DNA of 64,000 nt from Nageia nagi (lineage: Eukaryota; Plantae; Pinophyta): NCBI GenBank assembly GCA_050084985.1, contig JBITNC010000001.1, positions 111,414,001 to 111,478,000 of the forward strand, in the 5' to 3' direction. Each line of letters opens with the position of its first letter. Within the stretch, counting starts at the first letter, position 1. This document shows, piece after piece, positions 23,311 to 35,634 of this stretch. The notes beneath the pieces were generated by a model that was not told where the DNA came from, ran no database searches, and worked only from the letters and a program-made list of their open reading frames with translations. The position numbers and the translations under genes are program-made.

Positions 23311-26192
23311 TGTTAGGGAGCCGTGGTTGAACTTGTAGGAGTGTTTTGGAAATTCTTCCACCCATGATGGTCTTAAAGATAGCAAATAGAAGGTTGAGGC
23401 ATCAATGTATAATCCTTCCATTAATGACATGGAGGATGTTTGTGGTGATCACATTTCTTCAAATCCATTTTTCCTTCATATGTGTGATGCACCAATTGGT
23501 CTAGATTTGTTTGAGGATTCATCTCTATCCTACCTATTGTGGCCTCCACAATACGCCCCAAATTCCAGCGAATTTTGGGGACCCACAAATTTTGGCAACA
23601 GAAAAACTGCTTGAGTGAAATGATCAAGCAAATGATGTCTCATGATCAGGAGACACTAGAGCTCAAGACAAGTGAAAAGTGATAAAGTAGCTCTTTGGAA
23701 CATGCAGCCCAAAATTTTAACTAAGTCCCATACAGATGCATATTTCTAGGGAGACATCATTCATGTCTTTCCCAAGATCTATGCCAACACTCTAGGGATC
23801 TCAAACGATGATTACAAGCGATCAGGAATTCAAATTGGCTAAGTACTAAGCGTGTCTCTCCTAGGCGCAAAGTTGGACCAAGACAAAAGTGGTGACTTCT
23901 AGCAAATCTGCACCAAGCTTAGTTGTTAATCCTTGGTGCAAATTTGGAATGAGACAAGGGTCATGACCTTTGAAAGATGTGCATTGGGCCTCGATTCCCT
24001 CCCTTGGTGCAAATTTAGACAAAGACAAGATTTTAGACCACCAGAAGATGTGCGCTGGGCATACTCTCCCTTCCTAGGCACCAGTTTAGGCCAAGACAAA
24101 CCTCATGACCATCATGATAATTGCACAAGGCTTATACCCTCCTCTTGGGCACACATATGCATAAGGAAACAAAGGTGACCCTCCAAACACTTACACTAGG
24201 TTTCTAGGCACATATCTAAACCAAGACAAAGTCCTTGACTCCTAGAAACCTGCATTGGCCATGTATTTCCACCTTGAGTGCATATCCTTGCATGGACAAG
24301 CATCATGACCTTCTTATGATTTGCACCTAGCAAATACAAGACAAGACAACCTTCTTGACCCTCCAAAGACCTGTGCTCACATCCTGAAAGCTAGCTGACC
24401 TTGAAATTTGTGCCAAGCTTGCCTAGAAAGTCGCATCCATCCATAAAGGCACACATCTCTAGGATCCTAGCCGACTTGCCCTAGGACATGCCTATAAAAG
24501 GGGAATTTCACTCTCATTTTTGCATCACAAATTGCTCTCCTTATAAATTCGCTAGGGTGTCAAGGTAGGAAAATTTTTTGAAGACCTTCAAGAATTACTC
24601 TTGGCTAGCAACAACCAAGTTACAGCACATGGTGATGTAGAATTGTTGAACAAACCAGGCATGCCAATATAGAGATGCTATCCGAAATGGTGGATTGGGA
24701 GCAAGTATTCCTATTACTGCATGAAAATTGATGGTTGGTAACACCAAATATACAAAGAGGTAAAGGAAGAAGCACATGTGAAAAGAATTTCAAATGCTAC
24801 TATAGATGCTCTTTAAGGCCATGCTGATTTTTACTTGCAAAATTCAAACTATACATACATCAATGTGTATGGATCCTAGGTAGCCCCACACATGCTCCCC
24901 AAGCACGTTAGCAAAAAAATAATTTTGATGAAGTTTTGCAATCAGTTGTCATATTTGCACGATAGTGTGTGGAAGAAGAAAGTTGCCATGATAACTTTGC
25001 CTATCATTGTTGGGGAATACACTTGTTCTCAGTGGGTAGATGTTGAAACTTGAAACCATTAAACAGAGTTGACTATGCATAGATTCAAAACACTTCCCAT
25101 GGTCGAAAATTATGACCCAGAAGGAAGGATAGCAATGTTCATGGAAAAGAATAAGAGATCACCTTGTGTGCATAAAACCCTTGGATCATAAGAGAGATTT
25201 AGGAATGTGACACATCTTGAAGACATCTAGAAAATACAAGCTTCCATAAGCAAAGAAGAAAAGAGAGGGAACCAAGCAAGATGTGTGAAAGGAGAAAAGG
25301 AGGATGATATAATTTTGTAAGAGGAGAGCTACTTTGTGCAAGACTTGAAAGACTCTTTGTAAAACTTGGCATAATCAATAGAAATTGCTACTCTTTTCAT
25401 TGAATGGGATTGTGCATTTGAGTTTATGCTTGGTGTTTACTTGTAATGGTTTTGATAATTGTGAGCATTTCCTTTGAAAAGCGTTGGAGTTTTTAAGGAA
25501 AGAATATTGAAGATCTTTTGAAATGTTGCTGATATTGCTCGATTAAACATTACTCACAATTTGCATACAAAATTGTGTACTTTGGGTTGTTCTCTCTATG
25601 CCATTCAACTTGATGACAACATTCATAGTATCTTGATCCATCTCTTTCTACATCATTCTTGAAATTGCATATAGCCTCGAAGCTCCCTCCTATATGTCAT
25701 TCGTGTTGTTTGTTGTAGGAGTGAATAGGTGAATGTTGAAGTCATAACAAACTCGGAGAGAAAGACATCCGAACCCTGCTGAGTTGGTGAAGAGAGTATA
25801 GCTAAGAGTTGAATGCAAGTGCCTTTATTATCCTTTGCTTTGTTTTCACTTTATTTTTCTTTTCTCTGTTTTACACTTTTTTTTAACGATAAGGAACACC
25901 TTTGAATAAAGTGCAAAGATAACTCCGAGTTCGTTCAGAAACAAATTTCTTTTGGGTGACATTCATTTCTTCTTCCATTTGGTGAGACTTATTCCAAGTC
26001 CTCCTCATACCATAGCTCAAGCATTTCAAGGTCTACTCTATTTAGCCTATTCATTTGAAGATAAGAGAACCTTGGGGTATCAATCCCTTCAAGTGGGGGA
26101 GAGTAACGCCTCCTCACCTAAGGTGCTTGGATGCTCTTCTATTCTATCTGTCATTACCATATGCTGAGGTAGGAAAGAAAAACATACCAACA
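23311..26192 (+). mobile_element. internally deleted member of the ORF-bearing giant-LTR family
   Basis: 23538-23600 matches 40570-40630 (-); degenerate repeats at 23700-24480; TATA cctataaaagg near 24491; 24850-25230 encodes YTYINVYGS*VAPHMLPKHVS.., homologous to 38000-38420 (-). Left boundary uncertain; no TSD found. Confidence 0.65.
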
Positions 26193-26199
26193 CTTCCAT

Positions 26200-26470
26200 G
26201 TTGAGCATTTGTTGGATGATAGCATCCACCACTTTGAGGGGGTTAACCTCTCAATAGCTTTGTCATTTCGAGAGATAAAGCTTCAAATATTGACAATAAT
26301 TGATGATTTTATTTTCCAATATCATGATTATAAGTCATACAGGTGCTCCTATTCGTAGGATATTATTTGTAATGATTAATAATGCTTATGTACATGGCCT
26401 ACTATCCATGTATAATGAACTCCACATATCATAAAGTGTAATGAATGTGGACCATATAAGTAGTCGTAAC
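26200..26470 (-). repeat. LTR fragment related to the 12537/17490 LTRs
   Basis: Shares tacatggcct(a/g)ctatccatgtataatg and tccaccactttgagggg blocks. Confidence 0.55.
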
Positions 26471-28139
26471 ATAATTTGAACTCTTGCAAGAACCTTATCT
26501 TTTCTCTCTTTTGTAGGTTCATTTTTTTCTTTGAATCCCTTGTTTCGCACAACATTTAGAAGCAAATCCCAAGAAAAAAGGGGAAAAAGAAAAGGCAAAA
26601 ACATGGCGCACAAAGTTCATCTCATTTGTCAGCATCATGTCTATATCAAGGAAGTATCTCCAAATTTGATAACTTCTTATTCTATTTCTCACTTTGGAAA
26701 TGTGCTCTCAAGTTCTTCCACCACATCTCCGAATGGACAAGCTATAAACATCTAAATTTGAATTTTGATTTCTTAAAAATTATTAATTTAAGTATTTAAA
26801 ATTATTTTATTAATTGAAATGAATATCAATATTATAAATTCAAATTTCAAAAGAAAGGTCAGTTAATCCTATTATTGTCTTATTTCTTTTGCAAAGTATA
26901 AAAGGAAGTCTCAAAGGCATTTCAAATGATCAATTTTCTCTATGATTAAAGCTAATTTTGAAAACAAAGATATTTGCTAATGAAGCTTCTTGTGATAGCA
27001 TTGCAAACCCTTTCTTGAGAAGCCAAGCTTCAAAGTGCCATAATGATTGTTCTGCAAACCCTACAAGCTCACCAAGTAGCCATTTCGAAGCTGCTTCATC
27101 AAGGAACACATTGCAAGAATTTCAAGTCATGTTGAAAGCTAGTTTATGCCAAAACATAGAGTTTTAAGTTGAAATGGACCAAGTGAAGTGAACTTGAGAT
27201 TCGAACCCCTGAACTCATCCAATAGCCCTTGCAATATTCAGATCTGCAAAACGCCCCAAGAACAGGACCACCAATGGTCGTATATTAGGCCTATAGGACC
27301 AACAATACTCCTATTTTTGCAGTGTTTCCATCCCCAAGGAGTTGCAGTGTCATCCTACTTCAGTTTCTAGGGCTTTCGTGACCTTGATTTCTCAGTTTCA
27401 AGTATTTCATGCATGTTTTGAGCAATTTTTTTCATCTCCAATTTGAGTTTGGCTACTAATTTACAGGAAGGAGCTTAACTCTTATTGAAATTGATCCTAA
27501 TCCCTGTGAAATATAAGACAAGTATCAATACCTCCAAAACCATTGAACTTTTGGGTATCTTTGGGAGAGGCTTAGTGGCACTTCTCAAAGGGTTAGATCC
27601 ATCCGAAATAGGTGCACAAGTATTATTTTTCATGTCTTATGTTATTCTATGCTAGATATGGGACTGCTATGCTTAGTTGTTGTTATTTGCCATAGATCTC
27701 TTGTGTGCCCTAGTTCACTAGATTGTGTCATATGGCTAAATTATTTGTAGATTAAATATTGCAAAACATTTTTATCGACAATAGACACAAAAACAAAAGA
27801 ATAACAGTGAAAAATAATATCAAATTGGCTAAAATACTTATTCTTCTAAGCCTGAGCATTTTTCTCCAAAACAACTATAACATTGATGTTCACATGCGCA
27901 AAAAGAAAAAAAAAACGAGAGTGGAATAAAACATTTAATAACTAGCAAACACGATTTCCTTCCAATTGTTTCAGATAGTTGAGTCTCTTAAGATCTAACC
28001 AAATATTCTTCTGAAGAAACAAGATAAGCAATAATTGAATATTGTCAGGTACCTATTTATTTGTAGGATGGATGATCTTCACACATTTTTTGCTAAGCAA
28101 CATTGTTGAGCATGCCCATAATATGTTACCTTTTGATCT

Positions 28140-28651
28140 GACATATAGTGGATATTAAGAAGGCATATTTTTCATAACAAAGAACTCTTGAAGAGGTAAT
28201 TATTGGTAGTGATGACTTTACATCAGCATTCAAAAGAAATCAGTGACAAATGACTCTCTAATATCGATATGTATCATCTGATAGTATACCAAGTAATAAC
28301 CAATTAAAGCATCATTCATGTAATATGCACTGCAATAGCAGGCATACATATACTTGATTTTAAGACCAAATCTTAAATTGCATTTGCAGCTGAATGACAT
28401 ATAGCAGATATTAAGAAGGCATATTCTTCATAATAAACAACTCTTGAAGAGGTAGTTATTGGTAGTGATGACTTTACATCAGCATTCCAAAGAAATCAGT
28501 GACAAATGACTCTCTAATATCGATATGTATCATCTGATAGTATACCAAGTAATAACAATTAAAGCATCATTCCTGTAATATGCACTGCAATAGCAAGCAT
28601 ACACATACTTGATTTTAAGGTCAAATCTTAAATTGCATTTGCAGTTGAATG
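28140..28651. repeat. ~257-bp tandem duplication in intron
   Basis: gacatatag..gatattaagaaggcatatt...gcatttgcag.tgaatg starts at about 28140 and 28397; near-identical copies. Confidence 0.9.
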
Positions 28652-29398
28652 TACTTCATAATCATGAAAATGCAGAAGGAAAATCAATGTAAAGAAGAAT
28701 ACAAGGGGCTCATGAAATGTTGTTTGGATGTCACAAATATGGAAGATATGTACAAGGGAAAATACTGTTGCAACTTGATGAGAAAGTTCCAATGAACTTT
28801 AATGGGCTACTCATCATATTGCTGTGACCGGAAGAAAATTATGGCTGCTTGAAGTAGAGCTTATGATGGCAACAGAAGACCTTTATGAGGTAATTTTGAC
28901 AACAGAGCAGACATGGCTCCTTGGGTGCTGATATATCTGACACAGAATGTTATGATTAGAGATTGAATTAGGCCTCTTCAACTGATAATGAACCTTCTAT
29001 ACAGACTATTTGTTGGGTTTATACTCCTAGTATACCACAACATACAAAATATTCCAACTAATATTAAGAATAGAGAATGGCAACATAATAAATCCCCTTG
29101 TTAAGTCAGCTATGTCTGTTAAAGGTTTTGGCTCTAGTAGTATGCCACAGATAGATGATATGGCCCCTGAGGATCATGGTGAAGTATGGCCTTTGATGAT
29201 GTTCTTATTCCTTTTGGTTTATATACAGTATATTTGTATTTACTTCTTGGAAAGCTATTAAGTATTAACTGCTGAAACTTTGTATAACCAATGGCCAGCT
29301 TATAAAATGTAATGATCATTTCCCTCTCCAACATTACAGCAAAAATTAAATGACCCAATTAGAAATCAAATATTTTTCTCAAAGAAAAGGAAACTTAC

Positions 29399-29482
29399 AG
29401 GAAATGCCACAAAGAACGTAGCAACTCTCAGCAGTAATAAATGCCATAAGCAACAAGATGAAGAAGCGATGGTTTTGCTGAC
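29399..29482 (-). CDS. DHHC S-acyltransferase exon (G-x-x-N-H-R-F-F motif plus TM3)
   Basis: gttttcag|GT CAG CAA AAC CAT CGC...TCC T|gtaagt gives (G)QQNHRFFILLLMAFITAESCYVLCGIS, directly continuing NCVG; phase 1 to phase 1. Confidence 0.93.
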
Positions 29483-29799
29483 CTGAAAACAGCATCAAGG
29501 TGTGATAGTAAGTGTACAGAATCAGCAGATTAAGTGTTTCTTTAATCTAAAGAAAATGTTGAAGTAATTATAATAATTAATTTATTGATATGTATAATGT
29601 TTGAATATATGATGCAATAATAGGCACAGTGGCTAACAATATTCTTAGCTGAATTTCACTGATTACCTCCAATGAGCATTTAGCTTGCATTTTTTGGTAC
29701 TTACATAAAGCTTTTCAGGTTGAGTTGAACAACAAAACAACTATTTTCGAGTTGGATTCACAACCAATAGAATATAATCTACTCTATTATATATTTCTA

Positions 29800-30240
29800 A
29801 AGGATGCACTTCTTAAGGAGTCTGGAGATCTTTTTCAAACCCAATTAGGATTACCATTTCATTCAAAGGATCACCACTCAATCAACATCACTCCTAGTTC
29901 TTCTCTTTCCAAAGGTTCCATTTATAGTAGATTTCTGATTGAAAATAAAGAGATTAAGATGCAATTTGGAAAGTCCTTGAGAAAGCTTACATCAAGCCAA
30001 GTTCCTCTTCTTGTGGAAGTACAACAGTACTTGCTACAAGAGGCTTTGCATCGTATCAGGCCTTGAACAAAACAACAGTCAAGAACTGGTACCCACTCCA
30101 ATGGATTGATGATTTTTTGAACTGTCTTAATAGTGCCAACTCGCCAATACTGAATCCAGAAATATCTGAAACCAAGTTACTATCAAGTTCTATTGATCCA
30201 TCTTATGTATGGAAGACTGCATTCAAGACCAAAGAGGGTT
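29800..30240 (+). pseudogene. Ty3/gypsy reverse transcriptase N-terminal remnant
   Basis: LNKTTVKNWYPLQWIDD and WKTAFKTKEG motifs, with frameshifts. Confidence 0.7.
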
Positions 30241-30785
30241 ATACAAGTGATAAGCCAAAACAACATTCAAGAACTTGTAACTAGTCCCTTGTAGTGATAA
30301 TAGTTTGGAGCATCTTAATGGTTCCCAAGTGTCACAGCCCAAACCCACTATGCATTGCCTTGGCATGTTGTTATGATGCTATGATATGTGAGATTAGACA
30401 CTTGTGCTTTCAATTGAACAATATGCAGCGTGATGTGCATTTGTTTATGATGATGTCAATATTTGAATTATGAATATTGAAAACTAATAATGTCTTATGA
30501 TTGTACATGGTACTATTGAAGCGCTTTGTTGTGGTGTACAGGTACAAGTGTACGAAGACAGAATGCTCAAAGATGGATTGAACATGATGGACTGACAATG
30601 ATTCTAAGATCAAGAATAGATCTAAGAGAACACCCAAACAGCCTAGGTAAGATGACCCACATATAGCTGCATGAGGTGAGGATAGCCACTTGTGTTGGAG
30701 CCTCCTAGGGTGTTGGAATGTGTCTCCTTTGCCTAGTGTGTTGTCTTCTTGTATAAATGCAAATGAACGATTTTATTTTCACATA

Positions 30786-31768
30786 TGTATCCTATAAATC
30801 TTATGATTTTTGCCCAATCATTAGTAGGGAAATTAAATATGTTAAGGAACCCCTAACAATTAATGTTAGTTGGGTAGGACGAAATTAATACCGTCTAACT
30901 CAGCAAAAAAAGATTTTAATGCTTAAAATAAAATATTAGACAATTAATGGAACTAGGTATTGTAATGCCTATGTATGTGAAAAATAAACATATTATTATA
31001 ACAATAATATTATTTCTTGAAAACAATTAATTATGTAAATAGATAATTAATTCAGAGAAAATATTTAATTTCACTCGAAAATAATTATGTGAGAATCTTA
31101 TGATTTAGTTAAGTAAATTTGAACTAAGACATTTCAATTAAATTATTAAAATATGATTGAATGCTTAAACTACACATGCACAAGAAGAACTCTAATGCAA
31201 CTAAAGTCAAAAGAGTGATAGTGGTTAATGAAGTGATCAATATCCTTAGCCTAGGGATTAATCTTGAGTCCTTTTGACATGTGGAATTTTTAGGGGAATT
31301 AATTTATTATAATTCTTCCCTAAATTTAGAAATACTTATTCCTGAAGAAAACTATAAATAGAGGGATTTGGGTACACTTTAGGGGTACCAGATTTCGGGA
31401 AGGAAACGCTACCAAAATAAGAAAGCTTGTAGGTCTACACCAATTGCGGGATTAGAGAGGTAGGAGCCAGGCTTTAAATTTGACATTTGATGTCGACCAT
31501 ATGGTGAGAAACTTTCAAATTTCTCACCATATATATATGTTTATTTATTTTAAATTTGAAAGTTTCTCACCATATGGTCGACATCAAATGTCAAATTTAT
31601 AAAAGATTTATTATTAACGTTTCTTTTGAAAGTGAAGAATTAAATTTTTCAGAAATTTTATCAAATACCCAATAGATGTTTTCATAGGGTTGAGAAAAAT
31701 GGTTATGCATAACCCCCTCCTCCCGTACAAGGTCAATAAACATGTAAGGAAGAAAGTAAGTTGATACA
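30786..31768 (+). mobile_element. probable old solo LTR
   Basis: TGTATC...GATACA termini; TATA ctataaatag near 31352; flanks acata/gcatg are only a partial TSD. Confidence 0.45.
31475..31599. repeat. perfect 48-bp inverted repeat with 29-bp spacer
   Basis: 31475-31522 is the exact reverse complement of 31552-31599. Confidence 0.95.
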
Positions 31769-34700
31769 GCATGATTGCTTGTGTCCTGATGTAATTTAGT
31801 CTGCAAAATCAATAATAGTAGGCCCTTGTATTTGGAGAGTAATTGGTCCCTCATCTTTGTGAACAAAGAGACCCTAGGGAGTACACTTGCAGTAAGCCTA
31901 GTTATTACCAGAATGAAATCACCTAGAACAGCCCAAATATTGTTATAAGCTACAACATTCACATATTTCGATACAAGACATAATATAGAAATGCAGATTC
32001 AATCTTCTGATGTTCCTACATGGAAGGGCTTATTTTGAGAATCACAAAAGACTTGCAGGTCTGTAATAACCAGCTTAATGACTGTTGTAAGCTCTGAATC
32101 TCTACTGCCAAATCATCTACCATGGATGTCTTTTTCTTGGCACTGTATTGAAAAGTGAAAACATTTAAAGCATCAATTTCCCTTGGCAATTGAACGCATG
32201 TTTCAAGAAACCTGTATTTGTCTTCAATGACCCTGTGAGAGACCACGTTTCTATGACAAAACATAACTAGATAAAGAACATCAGATATAAAAGAAAACAT
32301 AAGGATTTATGCTACCAAAAATCGGAATTTAGTCGATATAACTGTTAATATTTTTTTAGACCCAACTTGGAAATATGTGAGGAAAGGGGCTAAGAATGAG
32401 AGTTATACTTTACTTTTTGCAAGGAGAGAATTTTTGGAGGCATAAATTGTCTCAAATACCACTTGGCGAGGGTAGTTGGGCATGATATCAAACTATGTCC
32501 AAATGTGGAACCCAAGATTGTGAGGCGCAATTCCATCCTAGAAGATTAAAATGAGAAAAGAGAATAAAAACAAAAAACAAATCAAGCCTTGGCTAATTCA
32601 TGTTCTTGATCTCATGACACACCCAAGAAGTAGGACAAGGAAGTCATTTTTTGAATAATGTTTCATGCCATGATCACAACCCACACTTGAGGGTATGCCA
32701 ACATTGAATGATGATAAGCATAAGGCAAAAAGAAAGATTTGTGCAAGCTTTTGGTATTTCTCTGACATTCCCTTGAATGTGGCGAGATCTCCATATTGGA
32801 AGGGAATGGTTGATGCACTCACAATTTGTGGCCAAGGATTCAAGCCACCAACTTATGATGATCTTAGGGTTCTCCTCCTTCAAGAATCCATGGAGAATAT
32901 TTAGCTTTTGGTTGATGAATAGCATAGAATTTGGAAAATAAAGGACTTCACAATTTGTTCAATGGGTGGACAAATGGAAGGAACCACACATTGATTAATT
33001 TTTGGGTTGCTTTTATAGGAGAAATTGTATTCCTCAATCAATGGACATATCAACACAAGTCAAGAGTGTCGAAATGCTTGCTAGGTTGCTAGAGGAGGTT
33101 GTGTTGGAGGTGGGGATGAAGAGTTTTATCCAAGCGATTATGGACAATGCAAGAACATTCGTAGCAGCTAGATGGATTTTGGAGACAAAATTCCACACCA
33201 TATTTTGGACACCATGTGCAATCCATTGTCTTAATTTTCTTTTTGATGGTATTGGAAAATTACAGTGGGTCTCTAAGGTTGTATAAAAGGCCAAATGCAT
33301 CACCAAATTCATAGCCAACCATACATGGGTCATCCATTTTATGAGAAAATACTCTAATGGGAGGGAGATTGTGCAACCTACAGTTAAATGATTCACCACA
33401 AACTTCATTAAATTGCAAAGTCTCTTTGATGAAAAGGGGGGCATTGAAGAGAATGCTTGTGAACGAGGAGTAAACAGGAAAAGATTTTTCTAAATACCCA
33501 TTCTCCAATGAGGGCCAAAAGGTGTTTGATTATGTGTTTGAGGAGCCCTTGTGGACAAGTATGCATGAAGCAATCAAGGTACAAGACAAGTTTTTTTTCA
33601 TTATTTTTCCATTCATAAATTTTGAATTGTAATTCAAATTTCAAATATCTAAGTTGCTAACAAGTAACAAAATCTCTCATTTTCTTTTAGGTAACAGCAC
33701 CTTTGGTGAGTATTCTTCATCTTGTTAATGGAGAAAAATCATCAATGGGATAAATCTAAGAGGCAATTGTTGCATTTTATAATTATTCAAAGCCCAAATA
33801 CAATCCCATTTAGGAAATGATTGATTGGTGATAGATTTGTCAACTCCATAGCCCACTACATGCAGTGGGGTACTCTAGGTGGGGTTGTTGTCCTCATGGA
33901 GAATCTGGGGCTCGAGAAGAGCACTACTTGGTATGTGTAGGAGGTGGCAGTCTCAATGATATCATCACAAAAGGTGATATGGGTCTGGTCTGGCATGCCT
34001 TTCGAAACATTGAAGGCCACAACCTTAGTCTTGCTAAGGTTCACCGCAAGCTTCATTTTGGCAGTTAAAGAGTCTAATGCATCTATCAAGCCTTGTAAGC
34101 TTCAACTTAATGGTAAAGTAGAACAAAAGGTCAACAAAAAGGAGGATGGGCACCCAACTACCATGGAGAAGGCAACCTATCTTAGGATTAGTAGTCTCTA
34201 GGATAAAGGACTCCAACTTGTATATGTAAACGCCAAATAGAGTTTGAGAGAGGGGGCAACCCTATTTCACTCCAATTATGCTAACAATATTGTTTAAGAG
34301 CCCCTCTGTAATACGGATGTAGCCTGAAAGAGTCTTTTACATAGTCAATAAGGCCATGAGTCCAATCTTCGGTATGCCTAATTGGCGAAGTCGGTCCATG
34401 AATCTATGTTGGGAAATAGTGTCGAAGGCCTACTTGAATTCCACGAAGCAGCCAAAGACTAGGGACTTGTGGAATCTAGCCTCCTTAATGATCCCTCTAA
34501 GAATGAAAATATGGTTTTTGGTGCAGTGATCTCTACGTAAGCTTGCCTAACCTCATGCTCTAAATCCTCTAGCGAAGGCCATTTGTGCAATGTAATCCTC
34601 AATGATTGTGGCATATAACTTGGCCAAGGTGTGACTAGTTAGGATGCTACCATAGTTGCTCAAGTCATTGGGGTATTCGGATTTGAAGATGGGGTGGATG

Positions 34701-35634
34701 ATGTTTGCAATCCAAAAAAAGAGAAAACACAAGCAAATAACATTGTTGAAGAGCTTAGAGATGAACAAAGAAGGGTGAATTTAGCATGTTTGAGGAATTC
34801 ATATTGGAGGTTCTCAATGTTTGGGGCTTTTCTAGAATCAAGTATCTAGATACCAATGTGGATGAAGGGGGAGAGAAGAAATATGAAGTGAGACGGCAAG
34901 AGGAACGAATGGGTGAGGTTTGGTTGAGGACATTGTATAGGCGAGAGGCGTAATCCTTCCAAGCATAAAGAGAGAGTTCAAAATGTGTTTTTTTGTAAGG
35001 AGTGCCAAAAGGATTGGGGGTTCGAGTGTGTTGGGGGCTTTTTCTTTCCTACCTTGTCAATTGGCAAATTGGCTCGCAAGGCTTGAGATAGGCACCAGCA
35101 CCTGAGTGGCAGGGCATGACCCCTACCCGCTATGAGGACTCCAACCTCAAAGGTCTCTTGGGATGGATGGGCTAAGATTGGCTCAGGAGACTCGTTTGAG
35201 GTGTTTGAAGCTATCACCAACTCAAATAAATTTGTTAACCAAGGGCTCGGATTGTCCCTGGTTCTAGGAAAAGGTTGTTCTCGGGTAATTCAATGAAAGA
35301 GGGGTGCGAAAGTCGCAGAAAAAGGTAAAAACAAAGGAAAAGAGTTGAATAGACAGTGATGTGTGAGTTCAACTCTAAGGTACAATGGTCTCATCGACTA
35401 ACATAGGCTTTCAAAAATTGACTCTCACGGGCTTGTTATAGGTTCCATGCACTCCGAATCTACCTTGATAGCCAACAACACGAATGGTCTAGCAAAGGGA
35501 GCCTGAAGCTAAGGAAAGGATGGGGAGGTTGATATGACATGGGTGAGCCTGGAACAAAGGGAGTGAAGCTACTATGTTAAGTGACATATGGGAGCCATCT
35601 CAAAACATGTAAGTCTATATTGCAAACTATGAAT

